A DNA stretch of 32,000 bases from an uncultured Erysipelotrichaceae bacterium (GTDB lineage Bacteria; Bacillota_I; Bacilli_A; Erysipelotrichales; Erysipelotrichaceae), in the NCBI GenBank assembly GCA_942492995.1, contig OW818653.1:1020001-1052000 (forward strand), given 5' to 3'. Both the position numbers and the translations under genes were made by a program. The number at the start of each line of letters is the position of its first letter. Position 1 is the stretch's first letter. The notes under the pieces were generated by a model. The model was not told the DNA's origin and made no database searches. It was given only the letters and a program-made list of their open reading frames with translations. Shown here in pieces: positions 1 to 13,309 of the stretch.

Positions 1-844
1 ACTTCTTAGCTTGTACTGGATTGACTTGATAGAATGAAGTCGCAGATATTTGGAATGTGAATTCGCCTAATGTATCTGTGATTGTCGAATCTTTGGTTAA
101 TTGATGAGTCTTCTTACCTAATACGACATTATCATCCCCAGAATTAACATTTAACAAGATTGCTTTAATCAATGGGAATTCAGCTTTTAGAGCTTCAACC
201 AATTCATCTTGTAACGGTAATTGTTTTGTACGATGAATAAGCACAACCATAATCTCTTGACTAACAATGCCCTTTTTAATTAGTACATGTCTTAAATCAG
301 TCGGTTCAACTTCTTTCGTAATATAGAAATTACGAATGAACGCTAATATTTTATTACTTTCATCATTTTGAATATAACATGTTTCAAAAGGAAGAATATC
401 ATGACTATGTGCACGATAGAAACCATAATTTAAGCCATGTTTCGTCTCAAAAGGTACTTGAGATTTATTGCGATAGAACCAAGGTTCTTCCATTTGTACA
501 ATTGGACTGATCTTAGGTAGTTTATCAAATGAACGTTCAAACAAATGTTTAACATGATTTGATTTAAACTCTAATTGATGTTCATATGACATATGTTGAA
601 TCTGACAACCGCCACATGCATACGCAATAGGACATGTTGGCACAACACGTTTATCACTCTTCTTTGTAAATTCTTTAACTCTTCCATACGCTTGACGTTT
701 GTTCACTCTTAAAATTTGAACATTCGCTTCTTCATCAATTAACATATCCTTGACGAATACAACAAATCCTTCATGCTTACAAACCGCAAGTCCCTGTTCT
801 GTGTAATCCAATGCCTTTAAACTTAGTATTTCGTTTTTTTCCAT
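1..844 (-). CDS. rlmCD: 23S rRNA (uracil-5)-methyltransferase, RumA/RlmCD family, N-terminal part; the C-terminus lies beyond the window start
   Basis: Absent from the ORF track because it runs off the window. My minus-strand translation from ATG 844-842 gives MEKNEILSLKALDYTEQGLAVCKHEGFVVFVKDMLIDEEANVQILRVNKRQAYGRV... (TRAM-like), then PTCPIAYACGGCQ (C-x5-C-x2-C Fe-S motif of RumA-type enzymes). It is open to position 1. The position downstream of gatCAB matches Bacillus (yefA/rlmCD). Confidence 0.75.
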   Translation of the reverse strand, partial: MEKNEILSLKALDYTEQGLAVCKHEGFVVFVKDMLIDEEANVQILRVNKRQAYGRVKEFTKKSDKRVVPTCPIAYACGGCQIQHMSYEHQLEFKSNHVKHLFERSFDKLPKISPIVQMEEPWFYRNKSQVPFETKHGLNYGFYRAHSHDILPFETCYIQNDESNKILAFIRNFYITKEVEPTDLRHVLIKKGIVSQEIMVVLIHRTKQLPLQDELVEALKAEFPLIKAILLNVNSGDDNVVLGKKTHQLTKDSTITDTLGEFTFQISATSFYQVNPVQAKK

Positions 845-851
845 TTGCGTT

Positions 852-873
852 AAAAAAGAGGACAAAGCCTCTT
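852..873 (-). terminator. Weak stem-loop with a short U-tract after the 211-aa gene
   Basis: Minus strand AAGAGG-CTTTGT-CCTCTT-TTTT. The stop codon of the upstream ORF lies inside the stem. The stem is only 6 bp with 4 U, and it ends 8 nt before the rlmCD ATG. Confidence 0.35.
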
Positions 874-1507
874 AGTTTCCTTCACTTTCTGTATCTGTAT
901 TTTGAGCATCACCTGATTCAGGTATTGCACTATTTTCTGTCTCTGCATTTAAACTATCTAATAATTCTTGCGCTAATACAGGATTAACTGGAGTCAATAA
1001 ATCTTGAACTGACCACGTATCCATATTCGCATTTTTAACGACTTGAATATATGTTGTTTTAGTCTCTCCAACCACATCCACAAAGTTAACTTCTAAGTCA
1101 TACATCTTCATAGTGTCTGTCGCTGTAAAGTACTGTGTAAATGGTATTACACTATTTACTTTATCCATCGAATTTTGAACTAATTCAAGCTTCGCTTCTT
1201 CTTCAAGACCCGTTGGAATAACTAATGTAAGACGTAAGGTCGCGGCTTTCAGATTGATTTCTTCAACTGTCACATTACCAAGAGTTGTAATCGCATCTTC
1301 TGTTAATCCGATTAACTCATCTGTAATTTCTGGTTGTAGATCGTTATTAAAGCGATTGCCAGTTATAACTGAACCCGTTTGTAAACTAGATTGTAGTAAA
1401 ATAATACCAATTACCAAACTAGGAATTAACACAAACGCAATCCCTAAGGCAAATACGATATTACTGAATGTGAATTTAAATTTAAAGTGCTTTTTTAGTT
1501 TCGTCAT
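872..1507 (-). CDS. Hypothetical membrane-anchored protein (N-terminal TM helix, acidic C-terminal tail)
   Basis: 211-aa ORF. Basic N-terminus MTKLKKHFKFKF is followed by a hydrophobic helix (IVFALGIAFVLIPSLVIGIILL). The tail ETENSAIPESGDAQNTDTESEGN is acidic. RBS ACGGAGA lies 4 nt before the ATG. I recognise no family. Confidence 0.7.
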   Translation of the reverse strand: MTKLKKHFKFKFTFSNIVFALGIAFVLIPSLVIGIILLQSSLQTGSVITGNRFNNDLQPEITDELIGLTEDAITTLGNVTVEEINLKAATLRLTLVIPTGLEEEAKLELVQNSMDKVNSVIPFTQYFTATDTMKMYDLEVNFVDVVGETKTTYIQVVKNANMDTWSVQDLLTPVNPVLAQELLDSLNAETENSAIPESGDAQNTDTESEGN

Positions 1508-1524
1508 AGAATCTCCGTGTTTCT

Positions 1525-1552
1525 ATTATAACTCAAATCAATTTAGATTCAA
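1525..1552 (-). promoter_or_regulatory. Sigma-A-like promoter for the 211-aa gene (TTGAAT-N16-TATAAT)
   Basis: Minus strand: TTGAAT at 1552-1547 and TATAAT at 1530-1525, spacer 16 nt. It sits in the 46-nt gap after gatB. Confidence 0.45.
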
Positions 1553-1553
1553 A

Positions 1554-2981
1554 TTAAGGTTTTCTCTTCATTAATCCTTCCAATAATAACTGATTCGTAA
1601 TAACAGGATTTGCTTGTCCTTTAGACTTCTTCATGATTTGACCCATTAAGAAACCGACTGCACGATCTTTCCCATTATGATAATCAATTATTGATTGTTC
1701 ATTCTCATTTAATATATCCTCTACCATTTGTACAAGTACGGATTGATCAGATACTTGTTCGATATTTAGATTTTTTACAGTCGCATGATATTCTGATCCT
1801 TTTAACAATTCCACAAAGATATCTTTTGCTTGTTTAGATGATATTTCTTGTTTACCTAGTGCATTGATCATATGAGCCATTTCTGAAAGTTTTAAGCTAT
1901 ATGATTTATCAAGCAATTGTTTTGGTAAGAAATTAGCTAGAATATCCGATAAACACCAGTTTGCGGCTAACTTGACATAACTTGTTTCTAAGATTAATTG
2001 ATCAAAGAAATCCGATAATGCCTTGTTTTGGATTAATTGACCTGCATCATATGCATTTAATCCAGCATCCATATAGCGTTTTTCACGATGATCAGGAAGT
2101 TCAGGTAGATTTTCACGTATTGAATTCATCCAATCAGAATCAATTAATATCGGTGTAATATTGGGTTCTGGGAAGTACTTATAGTCAATACTACCTTCTT
2201 TCTTACGCATAAGAATGGTGGTTTTTTGAACATCATCGTAACGACGTGTGGCTTGTTCTACGCCTTGTTTACTTTCGATAAGTTCTGTTTGACGAATCAC
2301 TTCAGATTGAATTGCTTTCTCAATATTTGAGATTGAATTCAAATTCTTTATCTCAGTCTTAACCCCAAATGCTTCAGCGCCAAATTCTCTTAATGAAATA
2401 TTGATATCACAACGTAGTGATCCTTCTTCCATCTTGCCATCTGTAACACCTAAGTAAACTAAAATATTACGTAGTTTTTCCACATAAATCATTGCCTCAT
2501 GGGCAGAACGAATGTCAGCTTCTGAAACAATTTCTACGAGTGGAGTTCCTGCACGATTGAAGTCAATCCAAGTCTCATCCCCTGAGTGATATTGTTTAGC
2601 TGTATCTTCTTCCATGTGCAAACGATTGATACGAATATGTTTTACCCCATTGTCAGTTGGAATATCGACATATCCATTCTTTCCTATTGGATAAAATTGT
2701 TGGGTAATTTGGAAACCCTTTGGTAAATCAGAGTAGTAGTAATTCTTACGATCAAACTTAATTAATGGATCAATCTCACAATTAAGTGCCATACAAGCCA
2801 TTAGTGATAAACGAACAGCTTCTTTATTTAAAGAAGGTAGAGTACCTGGATGTCCCAAATCAATTTCATTCACACAGGTATTTGGCTGCATATTTACACT
2901 AACTGGTGCAGATGAAAACATCTTAGTTTTAGTCTTTAGTTCACAATGGATTTCTATACCAATGACTGTTTCGTACTTCAT
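1554..2981 (-). CDS. gatB: Asp/Glu-tRNA(Asn/Gln) amidotransferase subunit B
   Basis: 475 aa. MKYETVIGIEIHCEL start, and LPSLN, FDRKNYYY.DLPKGFQI.Q and RCD.N.S blocks typical of GatB. 4-nt overlap with gatA. Confidence 0.97.
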   Translation of the reverse strand: MKYETVIGIEIHCELKTKTKMFSSAPVSVNMQPNTCVNEIDLGHPGTLPSLNKEAVRLSLMACMALNCEIDPLIKFDRKNYYYSDLPKGFQITQQFYPIGKNGYVDIPTDNGVKHIRINRLHMEEDTAKQYHSGDETWIDFNRAGTPLVEIVSEADIRSAHEAMIYVEKLRNILVYLGVTDGKMEEGSLRCDINISLREFGAEAFGVKTEIKNLNSISNIEKAIQSEVIRQTELIESKQGVEQATRRYDDVQKTTILMRKKEGSIDYKYFPEPNITPILIDSDWMNSIRENLPELPDHREKRYMDAGLNAYDAGQLIQNKALSDFFDQLILETSYVKLAANWCLSDILANFLPKQLLDKSYSLKLSEMAHMINALGKQEISSKQAKDIFVELLKGSEYHATVKNLNIEQVSDQSVLVQMVEDILNENEQSIIDYHNGKDRAVGFLMGQIMKKSKGQANPVITNQLLLEGLMKRKP

Positions 2982-4402
2982 TGTGTCACCTCTTTTATGA
3001 TATTAGCCAAGCCTGTTGTATTCTCAATGCCATAGGCAATATCAAGTAATTTAGCTTCTTCAAACGCATAAGCGGTTAAATTAATTCCCACTGGGAGTCC
3101 TTCGACATATCCCATTGGAATCGTAATACTTGGATATCCAGAGAAATTCGCAAGTGCCATGTAGTTTTCCGCAATTAGATATTCACTGGATAATTGATCC
3201 ACTGACGCATCATCAAATTTCGGTGCACCTTGTCCACTCGCAGGTGCCATTATAACATCAACTTCACTTAATACGCGTTTAATATCTTCTACGATTAATC
3301 TTCTTACTTTTTGAGCTTTACGGAATACTTCTTCTTGGTTCTCAGTAAAGAGTGCATAAGAGCCAATTACGAATCTTTTTTTAAGTAATTTACCAAATCC
3401 GGCTGTACGTGATTTTATCATTGATTCATCCATTGTTTGGCCTTCTTTTAATACGCCAAAACGTAGACTGTCTAAATTAGAATGGTTTGCGGTTGCCTCC
3501 GCATTCGCAATGATATAGTACGTTGGTAAAAACGCATGCATTAATTCTTCTTTCAAATGAATAGAAACAAGTGTTGCGCCTTTAGACTCAAGTTTTTGAC
3601 AAAGTTCTTTAAACTCATTAATCGTTTCTTGATTATGTATTGAATCGATAACATTTTGAATAATTCCTATTCGTTTACCAGATAAATCACCTGTTAGTTT
3701 TTCACTGTATTTTTCTACAGGTAGATAAGAAGAAGTCATATCTTTATCATCCCGCCCTGCAAGTACTTCAAGCGATAATGCCGCATCTTTAACATTACGT
3801 GTAAATACACCTACATGATCAAGTGATGACGCATATGGAATGACTCCATAACGTGAAATACGTCCATACGTTGGTTTTAATCCAACAATATTATTATACG
3901 ATGCAGGTTTACGAATTGAATCACCTGTATCTGTACCAATTGCCATTGGTACAACGCCACTTGCGACTAGTACTGCACTACCACCGGATGAACCACCTGA
4001 CATACGTGATAGATCATATGGATTATGAACAGGTCCTGTCCATGCGGTCATATTTGTACCACCCATCCCAAACGTATCACACGAAGACTTACCGATAATA
4101 ATTGCGCCAGCTTCTTTTAATTTCTGTGTTATTGTCGCATCATACGGAGAAATGTAGTTATCTAAAATTCCACTACTTCCAGTCGTACGTGTATCTTTCA
4201 TATTAACTAAGTCTTTTAATATTACAGGAACACCATAAAAAGGAACTTCCTTGGATAATTGATTAAGCTTCTCGACCTGATCTTTTGGATCAATAAAACT
4301 AACCATCGCATTTAATGCGCTTTGAACCGCATGTGATTTGTTTACCGCATCCTCAACTCTTTGTTCAACAGTCGTTTGTGTAATTAATGTTTTAATATCC
4401 AT
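2978..4402 (-). CDS. gatA: Glu-tRNA(Gln) amidotransferase subunit A
   Basis: 474 aa. Amidase signature GGSSGGSA plus GTDTGDSIR.PA. Sits between gatC and gatB. Confidence 0.97.
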   Translation of the reverse strand: MDIKTLITQTTVEQRVEDAVNKSHAVQSALNAMVSFIDPKDQVEKLNQLSKEVPFYGVPVILKDLVNMKDTRTTGSSGILDNYISPYDATITQKLKEAGAIIIGKSSCDTFGMGGTNMTAWTGPVHNPYDLSRMSGGSSGGSAVLVASGVVPMAIGTDTGDSIRKPASYNNIVGLKPTYGRISRYGVIPYASSLDHVGVFTRNVKDAALSLEVLAGRDDKDMTSSYLPVEKYSEKLTGDLSGKRIGIIQNVIDSIHNQETINEFKELCQKLESKGATLVSIHLKEELMHAFLPTYYIIANAEATANHSNLDSLRFGVLKEGQTMDESMIKSRTAGFGKLLKKRFVIGSYALFTENQEEVFRKAQKVRRLIVEDIKRVLSEVDVIMAPASGQGAPKFDDASVDQLSSEYLIAENYMALANFSGYPSITIPMGYVEGLPVGINLTAYAFEEAKLLDIAYGIENTTGLANIIKEVTQ

Positions 4403-4695
4403 TAGCCAACCACCTTCTGTGTCACAAAGAAACCATTCTTTTCTTTTGGCGCATTTTTTAATACTTCTTTAATCGGTAAAACATTCTCAACTACATCTTC
4501 ACGTAAAAAATGATTTGCACTCTCAAATGGATACACCATAGGTTCAATATTTTCTGTGTCTATTTTCTCAAGTAATCTCATTTGTGAGATTAAGACATCA
4601 AACTCATTCTTAATATCCTTAGCCTCATCGTCACTCAGCTCAAATCGACATTGTAAAGCTAGATCTTTAAATCCTTGTACATCCATTTCCTTCAT
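4402..4695 (-). CDS. gatC: Glu-tRNA(Gln) amidotransferase subunit C
   Basis: 97 aa, immediately upstream of gatA with a 1-nt overlap. The LALQCRFELSDDEAKD...L..M pattern is typical of GatC. Confidence 0.9.
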   Translation of the reverse strand: MKEMDVQGFKDLALQCRFELSDDEAKDIKNEFDVLISQMRLLEKIDTENIEPMVYPFESANHFLREDVVENVLPIKEVLKNAPKEKNGFFVTQKVVG

Positions 4696-4715
4696 TTCTC
4701 TCTCCTCTTAATAAT

Positions 4716-5786
4716 TTAATACGTATAGATAACACTTAATTCATCATCTTCAGATAGTTGAATTAAGACTAATGTCTCTGATATCGAATTTATTCTAACA
4801 ATAATAGGATAATCTCTTCGATCAATATCCTGTAATAACTCTGTTGTATATTGCGTCAATCCACGAATTTCTGAATATGTTTTTGCTTGAATGGTTAATG
4901 TAATACGCAAGAAATCAGTTGTATTATCGACATAACGAGCTTCCCCAATAACACCAACGCTCTCTGGAATGAATTCAGTAATTGATGTTTTAAAGCTATT
5001 AAATTTATCCGCTAATCCAGCGTCAATACTTGTGGCTTGAGCTGATGGGAATAAAACCCATTGTTCATTGTTTTGTGCAAACTGTCCTCCACGTGCTGTG
5101 AAGTAACCATCCGCAATAAATCGTCCAGGTAATGTCGCATCACTTGGATTTGTCACATATAACGTAATATATAACGGCATATCTTCCATGTCACTTAAAC
5201 TACGGATGTAACGATCTAGTTTTCGACCCATATTTGAGCCATAATCATACAGTACTTGATCCGTTACAGTGACTAAACCATTATCTGTATTTAAACTTTG
5301 ATTTAATACAATCGCAAACGACATACCAGCTAAATTAATTTCACCACCTGCTTGTTGGTGAAAATCGATTTCCATGATATCCGCTACGACAACCGCATCC
5401 GTCACTGATATATCAGATGTACCAACTAGGAATTGACTTCCACTTGGTGGATTTAATCCGTATGGATTTTCACTACTTTCACGTTTTACTAACTTACTTA
5501 AATCATTATTCGAGACTACTTGTCCTTCAGAGAGATAATACTCATCCACATCAAAGTATACTTTACTCTTTTCTTCTAAACGAGAACCAATTTCTAAAAA
5601 ATCAGTTCTACCTAGATATGTACCATGATATTGTCTAATTTGAGATGCCTCAAAAGGTAATATCATACTATATTCATTATTATCTAAACGTTCTATAATT
5701 GTCGGATCATTCTCAACAGTAGTATTTGAACACGCTGTTAAAACAGTTAAAAGGACTACTCCTATAATGACTAGATTCTTTCTCAT
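4716..5786 (-). CDS. camS: CamS/YerH-family lipoprotein (sex-pheromone precursor family)
   Basis: 356 aa. Signal peptide with lipobox MRKNLVIIGVVLLTVLTA|C. The slot between ligA and gatC is where Bacilli carry yerH/camS. The family call rests mainly on synteny, size and lipobox. Confidence 0.7.
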   Translation of the reverse strand: MRKNLVIIGVVLLTVLTACSNTTVENDPTIIERLDNNEYSMILPFEASQIRQYHGTYLGRTDFLEIGSRLEEKSKVYFDVDEYYLSEGQVVSNNDLSKLVKRESSENPYGLNPPSGSQFLVGTSDISVTDAVVVADIMEIDFHQQAGGEINLAGMSFAIVLNQSLNTDNGLVTVTDQVLYDYGSNMGRKLDRYIRSLSDMEDMPLYITLYVTNPSDATLPGRFIADGYFTARGGQFAQNNEQWVLFPSAQATSIDAGLADKFNSFKTSITEFIPESVGVIGEARYVDNTTDFLRITLTIQAKTYSEIRGLTQYTTELLQDIDRRDYPIIVRINSISETLVLIQLSEDDELSVIYTY

Positions 5787-9922
<4,136 letters not shown>

Positions 9923-9939
9923 GGGATTCCTCTTTGTCT

Positions 9940-9948
9940 ATTATACCA
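9940..9948 (-). promoter_or_regulatory. Extended -10 promoter element (TGGTATAAT) upstream of pcrA
   Basis: The minus strand reads TTTTGGTATAATAGACAAAGAGGAATCCCATG. There is no good -35, and the TG extension could compensate. Confidence 0.45.
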
Positions 9949-9977
9949 AAATGCACATCCTATATATATAAGCACAC

Positions 9978-10006
9978 GAAAAAAATAAAGCTCAGAGAGC
10001 TTTATT
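9978..10006 (-). terminator. Rho-independent terminator of gltX
   Basis: 10-bp stem AATAAAGCTC/GAGCTTTATT with a 3-nt loop, followed on the minus strand by a run of T. It overlaps the gltX stop codon. Confidence 0.8.
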
Positions 10007-11459
10007 GTACAGATTGTCTTAATTTGTCTAAACCGATTAATGTACGACGAATGGTTTCTTCTTTACCTAAGATATACGGTATTTCTAACGCACCACCAGG
10101 TGTAAATTGTTTACCAGTTACAGCAGTACGAATTGGCCAATAGAATTGACCATTCTTAATGCCTAAACGCGTAGGTGTTTCAGATAATTTCTGATGAAGT
10201 TCATCCACACTATCCCAGTTTTCGATTGTTTCATACACTTTCAATGATTCTTCAAGTGCTAAGATACAAATCGCATTATCCGTCTTCATCTTAGGATGAT
10301 AATACATTTGAACATCATAATCCGCTAATGTATCAATGAAATCAACCATTTCAGGAATTTCAGTTAACACAGATAGACGTTGTTGGAGAATCTTACTCAC
10401 TTCTTTCAAATCACAGATACGTTTAATTGAATCTTTATAGAATGGTAAGCATATTTCATGGAATTGTTCGAGTGACATTGCACGTAAGTACATGCCATTC
10501 ATCCACTTCAATTTCTCAATGTCAAAGATCGCAGGTGACTTACTGATACGTTTCACGCTAAATACTTTAGTCAATTCGTCTAATGTATAGATTTCTTGAT
10601 TCGTTTCAGGACTCCATCCCAATAACGCAATATAGTTAAGAATAGCTGGTGCTAAATAACCTTTAGAAACTAAATCTTGGAAAGACGCATCCCCATTACG
10701 TTTTGATAGTTTATGTTGTTCATCTTTCATAACTGGAGGTAAATGGATGTAAGTCGGTTTCTCCCATCCAAAACTATCATAAATTAAATTATATTTCGGT
10801 GTTGAAGATAAGTATTCATTCCCACGTACAACGTGACTAATTTCCATTTGATGATCATCTACGACATTCGCAAAGTTATATGTTGGAAAACCATCACTCT
10901 TAAGTAATACTTGTTCATCTAAGATCTCACGATCAACTTCGATATCGCCATACACTTCATCATGGAATATTGTAGAAACACCTGGTAATATGGTTTGACG
11001 AATAACAAATGCTTCGTTTTCTTTACGTGTTTCAATTTCATCTTTTGTTAAATGATGACAAGGATCTTGGAATTTAAATGGAACACCTGCTTTTTCAGCC
11101 GCATCTCTTTGCGCTTGGATAATTGTTTCATCACAAAAACAAACATGCGCTCCACCTTTTTCAACTAATTCATCCGCATATTTCTTATACATTGGTAATC
11201 GTTCTGATTGAACATACGGTCCAAAATTACCTGGACGATCGGGTCCTTCATCATAATGTAGTCCAACTTCATTGAGAGTATTGTAGATAATGTCTACAGA
11301 ACCTTCTACTAATCGGTTTTGATCCGTGTCTTCAATTCTTAATACAAAGTCCCCGCCATCCTTTTTTGCGACCAAATATTCATAAAGAGCTGTTCTTAAA
11401 TTCCCTATATGCATGTATCCGGTTGGACTTGGGGCAAATCGTGTTCTAATTTTTTTCAT
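10002..11459 (-). CDS. gltX: Glutamate--tRNA ligase
   Basis: HIGH motif (PTGYMHIGNLRTA) and KMSKS variant (KLSKRNG). The ORF track starts at 11465 (MNMKK). AGGAG at 11474-11470 is 3 nt from that ATG but 9 nt from the second ATG (11459), so I prefer 11459. Confidence 0.96.
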   Translation of the reverse strand: MKKIRTRFAPSPTGYMHIGNLRTALYEYLVAKKDGGDFVLRIEDTDQNRLVEGSVDIIYNTLNEVGLHYDEGPDRPGNFGPYVQSERLPMYKKYADELVEKGGAHVCFCDETIIQAQRDAAEKAGVPFKFQDPCHHLTKDEIETRKENEAFVIRQTILPGVSTIFHDEVYGDIEVDREILDEQVLLKSDGFPTYNFANVVDDHQMEISHVVRGNEYLSSTPKYNLIYDSFGWEKPTYIHLPPVMKDEQHKLSKRNGDASFQDLVSKGYLAPAILNYIALLGWSPETNQEIYTLDELTKVFSVKRISKSPAIFDIEKLKWMNGMYLRAMSLEQFHEICLPFYKDSIKRICDLKEVSKILQQRLSVLTEIPEMVDFIDTLADYDVQMYYHPKMKTDNAICILALEESLKVYETIENWDSVDELHQKLSETPTRLGIKNGQFYWPIRTAVTGKQFTPGGALEIPYILGKEETIRRTLIGLDKLRQSVQ

Positions 11460-11484
11460 ATTCATTCACTCCTGTGCGTTCTTT

Positions 11485-11513
11485 ATTATATAATAAGTAT
11501 TGGAAGTTTCCAA
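11485..11513 (-). promoter_or_regulatory. gltX promoter TTGGAA-N17-TATAAT
   Basis: Minus strand: -35 TTGGAA (11513-11508), 17-nt spacer, -10 TATAAT (11490-11485), about 20 nt upstream of the start codon. Confidence 0.55.
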
Positions 11514-11519
11514 ATAAAT

Positions 11520-11595
11520 TGGGGTATCGCCAAGCGGTAAGGCATCAGACTCTGACTCTGACATTCCAAAGGTTCGAATCCTTTTACCCCAGCCA
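11520..11595 (+). tRNA. tRNA-Gln, anticodon CUG, with encoded CCA
   Basis: TGGGGTA/TACCCCA acceptor stem (U1-A72), GCC..GGC D-arm with AAGCGGTAA loop, anticodon stem TCAGA/TCTGA with loop CTCTGAC (CTG), T-arm AAAGG-TTCGAAT-CCTTT, discriminator G, then CCA. The first 25 nt match E. coli tRNA-Gln as I remember it. My fold gives a 6-nt variable region (CATTCC). Confidence 0.9.
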
Positions 11596-11603
11596 TGCTT
11601 ATT

Positions 11604-11627
11604 AACACTATTATGGTGTTTTTTTAT
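11604..11627 (+). terminator. Terminator after tRNA-Gln
   Basis: AACAC-TATTATG-GTGTT followed by TTTTTTT. Confidence 0.6.
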
Positions 11628-11725
11628 TGGAATTTAAAGGATTTTTAATGAATATCTATGATATTCGCTAATTGTTCAATATTTTGATAGAATGATACTC
11701 TGTTTACTCAAGTCAGAAACTTTTT

Positions 11726-11754
11726 TTGACAATAAACATTGAATATGGCATATT
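11726..11754 (+). promoter_or_regulatory. Promoter TTGACA-N17-CATATT for the methyltransferase/rluA pair
   Basis: Consensus -35 TTGACA at 11726-11731, 17-nt spacer, CATATT at 11749-11754. The ORF-track TTG start (11739) falls inside the spacer. Confidence 0.5.
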
Positions 11755-11792
11755 TGTTTTACAGTAAAATCATCATGAAAGAAGTGGAATTA

Positions 11793-12659
11793 ATGACACA
11801 AGAACTCGCTAAAAATTGGATCGATTATGAGTGTATCGATGCAGGAGATGGATTAAAATTAGAACGTTGGAAAAACGTTTTATTGAGTCGCCCTGAAATA
11901 CAAGCAAATTGGCCTAAAGATATTAATGAGAGTCGTTGGAAACAAGTTCATGCGCATTATAATCGTACATCTAAAACAACCGGCGAATGGATAATGAAAC
12001 GTAAGTTACCTGAAACATGGACGCTTCAATATCGTGACTTAACCTTCAAAGTTTCTCCTACAAGTTATAAACATACTGGTTTATTTCCTGAACAAGCCAC
12101 AAACTGGGATTGGATGCGAGAATTAATCGAAAATGAAACACGTGAAATAAGAATACTAAATTTATTCGCTTATACAGGCGCAGCTACGATGGCTTGTAGT
12201 AAAGCTGGTGCGATAGAAGTTGTACATGTGGATGCGTCCAAAGGGATGATTCAATGGGCAAAAGAAAACCAAGTGTTAAGTGGATTAGAAGATAAAACCA
12301 TTCGGTATATCGTAGATGATGTATTAAAATTCGTTGAACGTGAAAAACGCCGTGGAAGAACATATCATGGCATCATTATGGATCCTCCAAGTTATGGTAG
12401 AGGACCAAATGGTGAAATGTGGAGATTAGAAGATAAACTTGATCAACTCTTAGAAGCGTGTAAAGCCATTTTAGATGAGAATCCACTATTCTTCTTAGTG
12501 AATGCCTATACATCGGGTTTTACATCAAATGATTTAACAAATCACTTACGCCAAACATTTAGAAAAGGCAAAATAGTGACAGGAGAGATTGGATTACCCA
12601 TAACAGATCGGAAACTCGTATTACCCTGTGGTATATACGGACGTGTGAATTTTAAATGA
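11793..12659 (+). CDS. Class I SAM-dependent (rRNA) methyltransferase, RlmI/RlmK-like catalytic domain
   Basis: SAM-binding LNLFAYTGAATMA and the IIMDPPSYGRG (D-P-P-x-Y/F) motif. Start moved from 11739 to the ATG at 11793 (MTQELAKNW), which is downstream of the predicted promoter. 4-nt ATGA overlap with the next gene. Confidence 0.8.
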   Translation: MTQELAKNWIDYECIDAGDGLKLERWKNVLLSRPEIQANWPKDINESRWKQVHAHYNRTSKTTGEWIMKRKLPETWTLQYRDLTFKVSPTSYKHTGLFPEQATNWDWMRELIENETREIRILNLFAYTGAATMACSKAGAIEVVHVDASKGMIQWAKENQVLSGLEDKTIRYIVDDVLKFVEREKRRGRTYHGIIMDPPSYGRGPNGEMWRLEDKLDQLLEACKAILDENPLFFLVNAYTSGFTSNDLTNHLRQTFRKGKIVTGEIGLPITDRKLVLPCGIYGRVNFK

Positions 12660-13309
12660 AAGTAATATTTGAAGATAATCATATCTTAGTAATCGAAAAA
12701 CCGATTAATGTGCCTATGCAAGAAGATTCATCGACAGACATGGATGTAATACGCATTGCGAAAGATTATTTAAAGAAGAAATACAATAAACCTGGTAATG
12801 TATATTGCGGATTGGTTCATCGCTTGGATCGTCCAGTTGGTGGCGTTGTCGTACTTGCGAAGACAAGTAAAGCAGCTTCACGCTTATCAGAATCTGTACG
12901 TACAAACAAACTTAATAAGAAGTACTGTGCGGTTGTAAGTGGCAAATTACCGAATGAATCTACTTTAAAAGACTATTTAATCAAAGATGAACGTACAAAT
13001 ATGAGTCGTACTACAGATGAACGACACGGGAAATATGCGGAATTAAGTTTTAAATACTTGAGTCGCAAGGATGACTTAACCTTTATCCAAATCGATTTAA
13101 AAACAGGTCGATCACATCAAATTCGCGTACAATTCGCATCACGAAATTGTCCATTATTTGGGGATCAACGTTATAACAAAGTTGCACATCCTGGCCAACA
13201 AATCGCTTTATGGGCTACTGAATTAAGTTTCCCACATCCTACGACACAAGAAATATTAAGCTTTGAATCACCATTACCTAAAACATATCCATGGAGTTTA
13301 TTCCAATAA
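12656..13309 (+). CDS. RluA-family pseudouridine synthase (no S4 domain)
   Basis: 217 aa. Catalytic HRLDRPVGG motif and GRSHQIRVQF motif. Confidence 0.88.
   Translation: MKVIFEDNHILVIEKPINVPMQEDSSTDMDVIRIAKDYLKKKYNKPGNVYCGLVHRLDRPVGGVVVLAKTSKAASRLSESVRTNKLNKKYCAVVSGKLPNESTLKDYLIKDERTNMSRTTDERHGKYAELSFKYLSRKDDLTFIQIDLKTGRSHQIRVQFASRNCPLFGDQRYNKVAHPGQQIALWATELSFPHPTTQEILSFESPLPKTYPWSLFQ

Noticed and set aside
11739-11792. TTG start and 18 extra residues on the methyltransferase ORF
   Set aside because: The start lies within the spacer of the predicted TTGACA-N17-CATATT promoter and has no RBS. The confidence in this rejection is moderate, because the ATG at 11775 remains a formal alternative.
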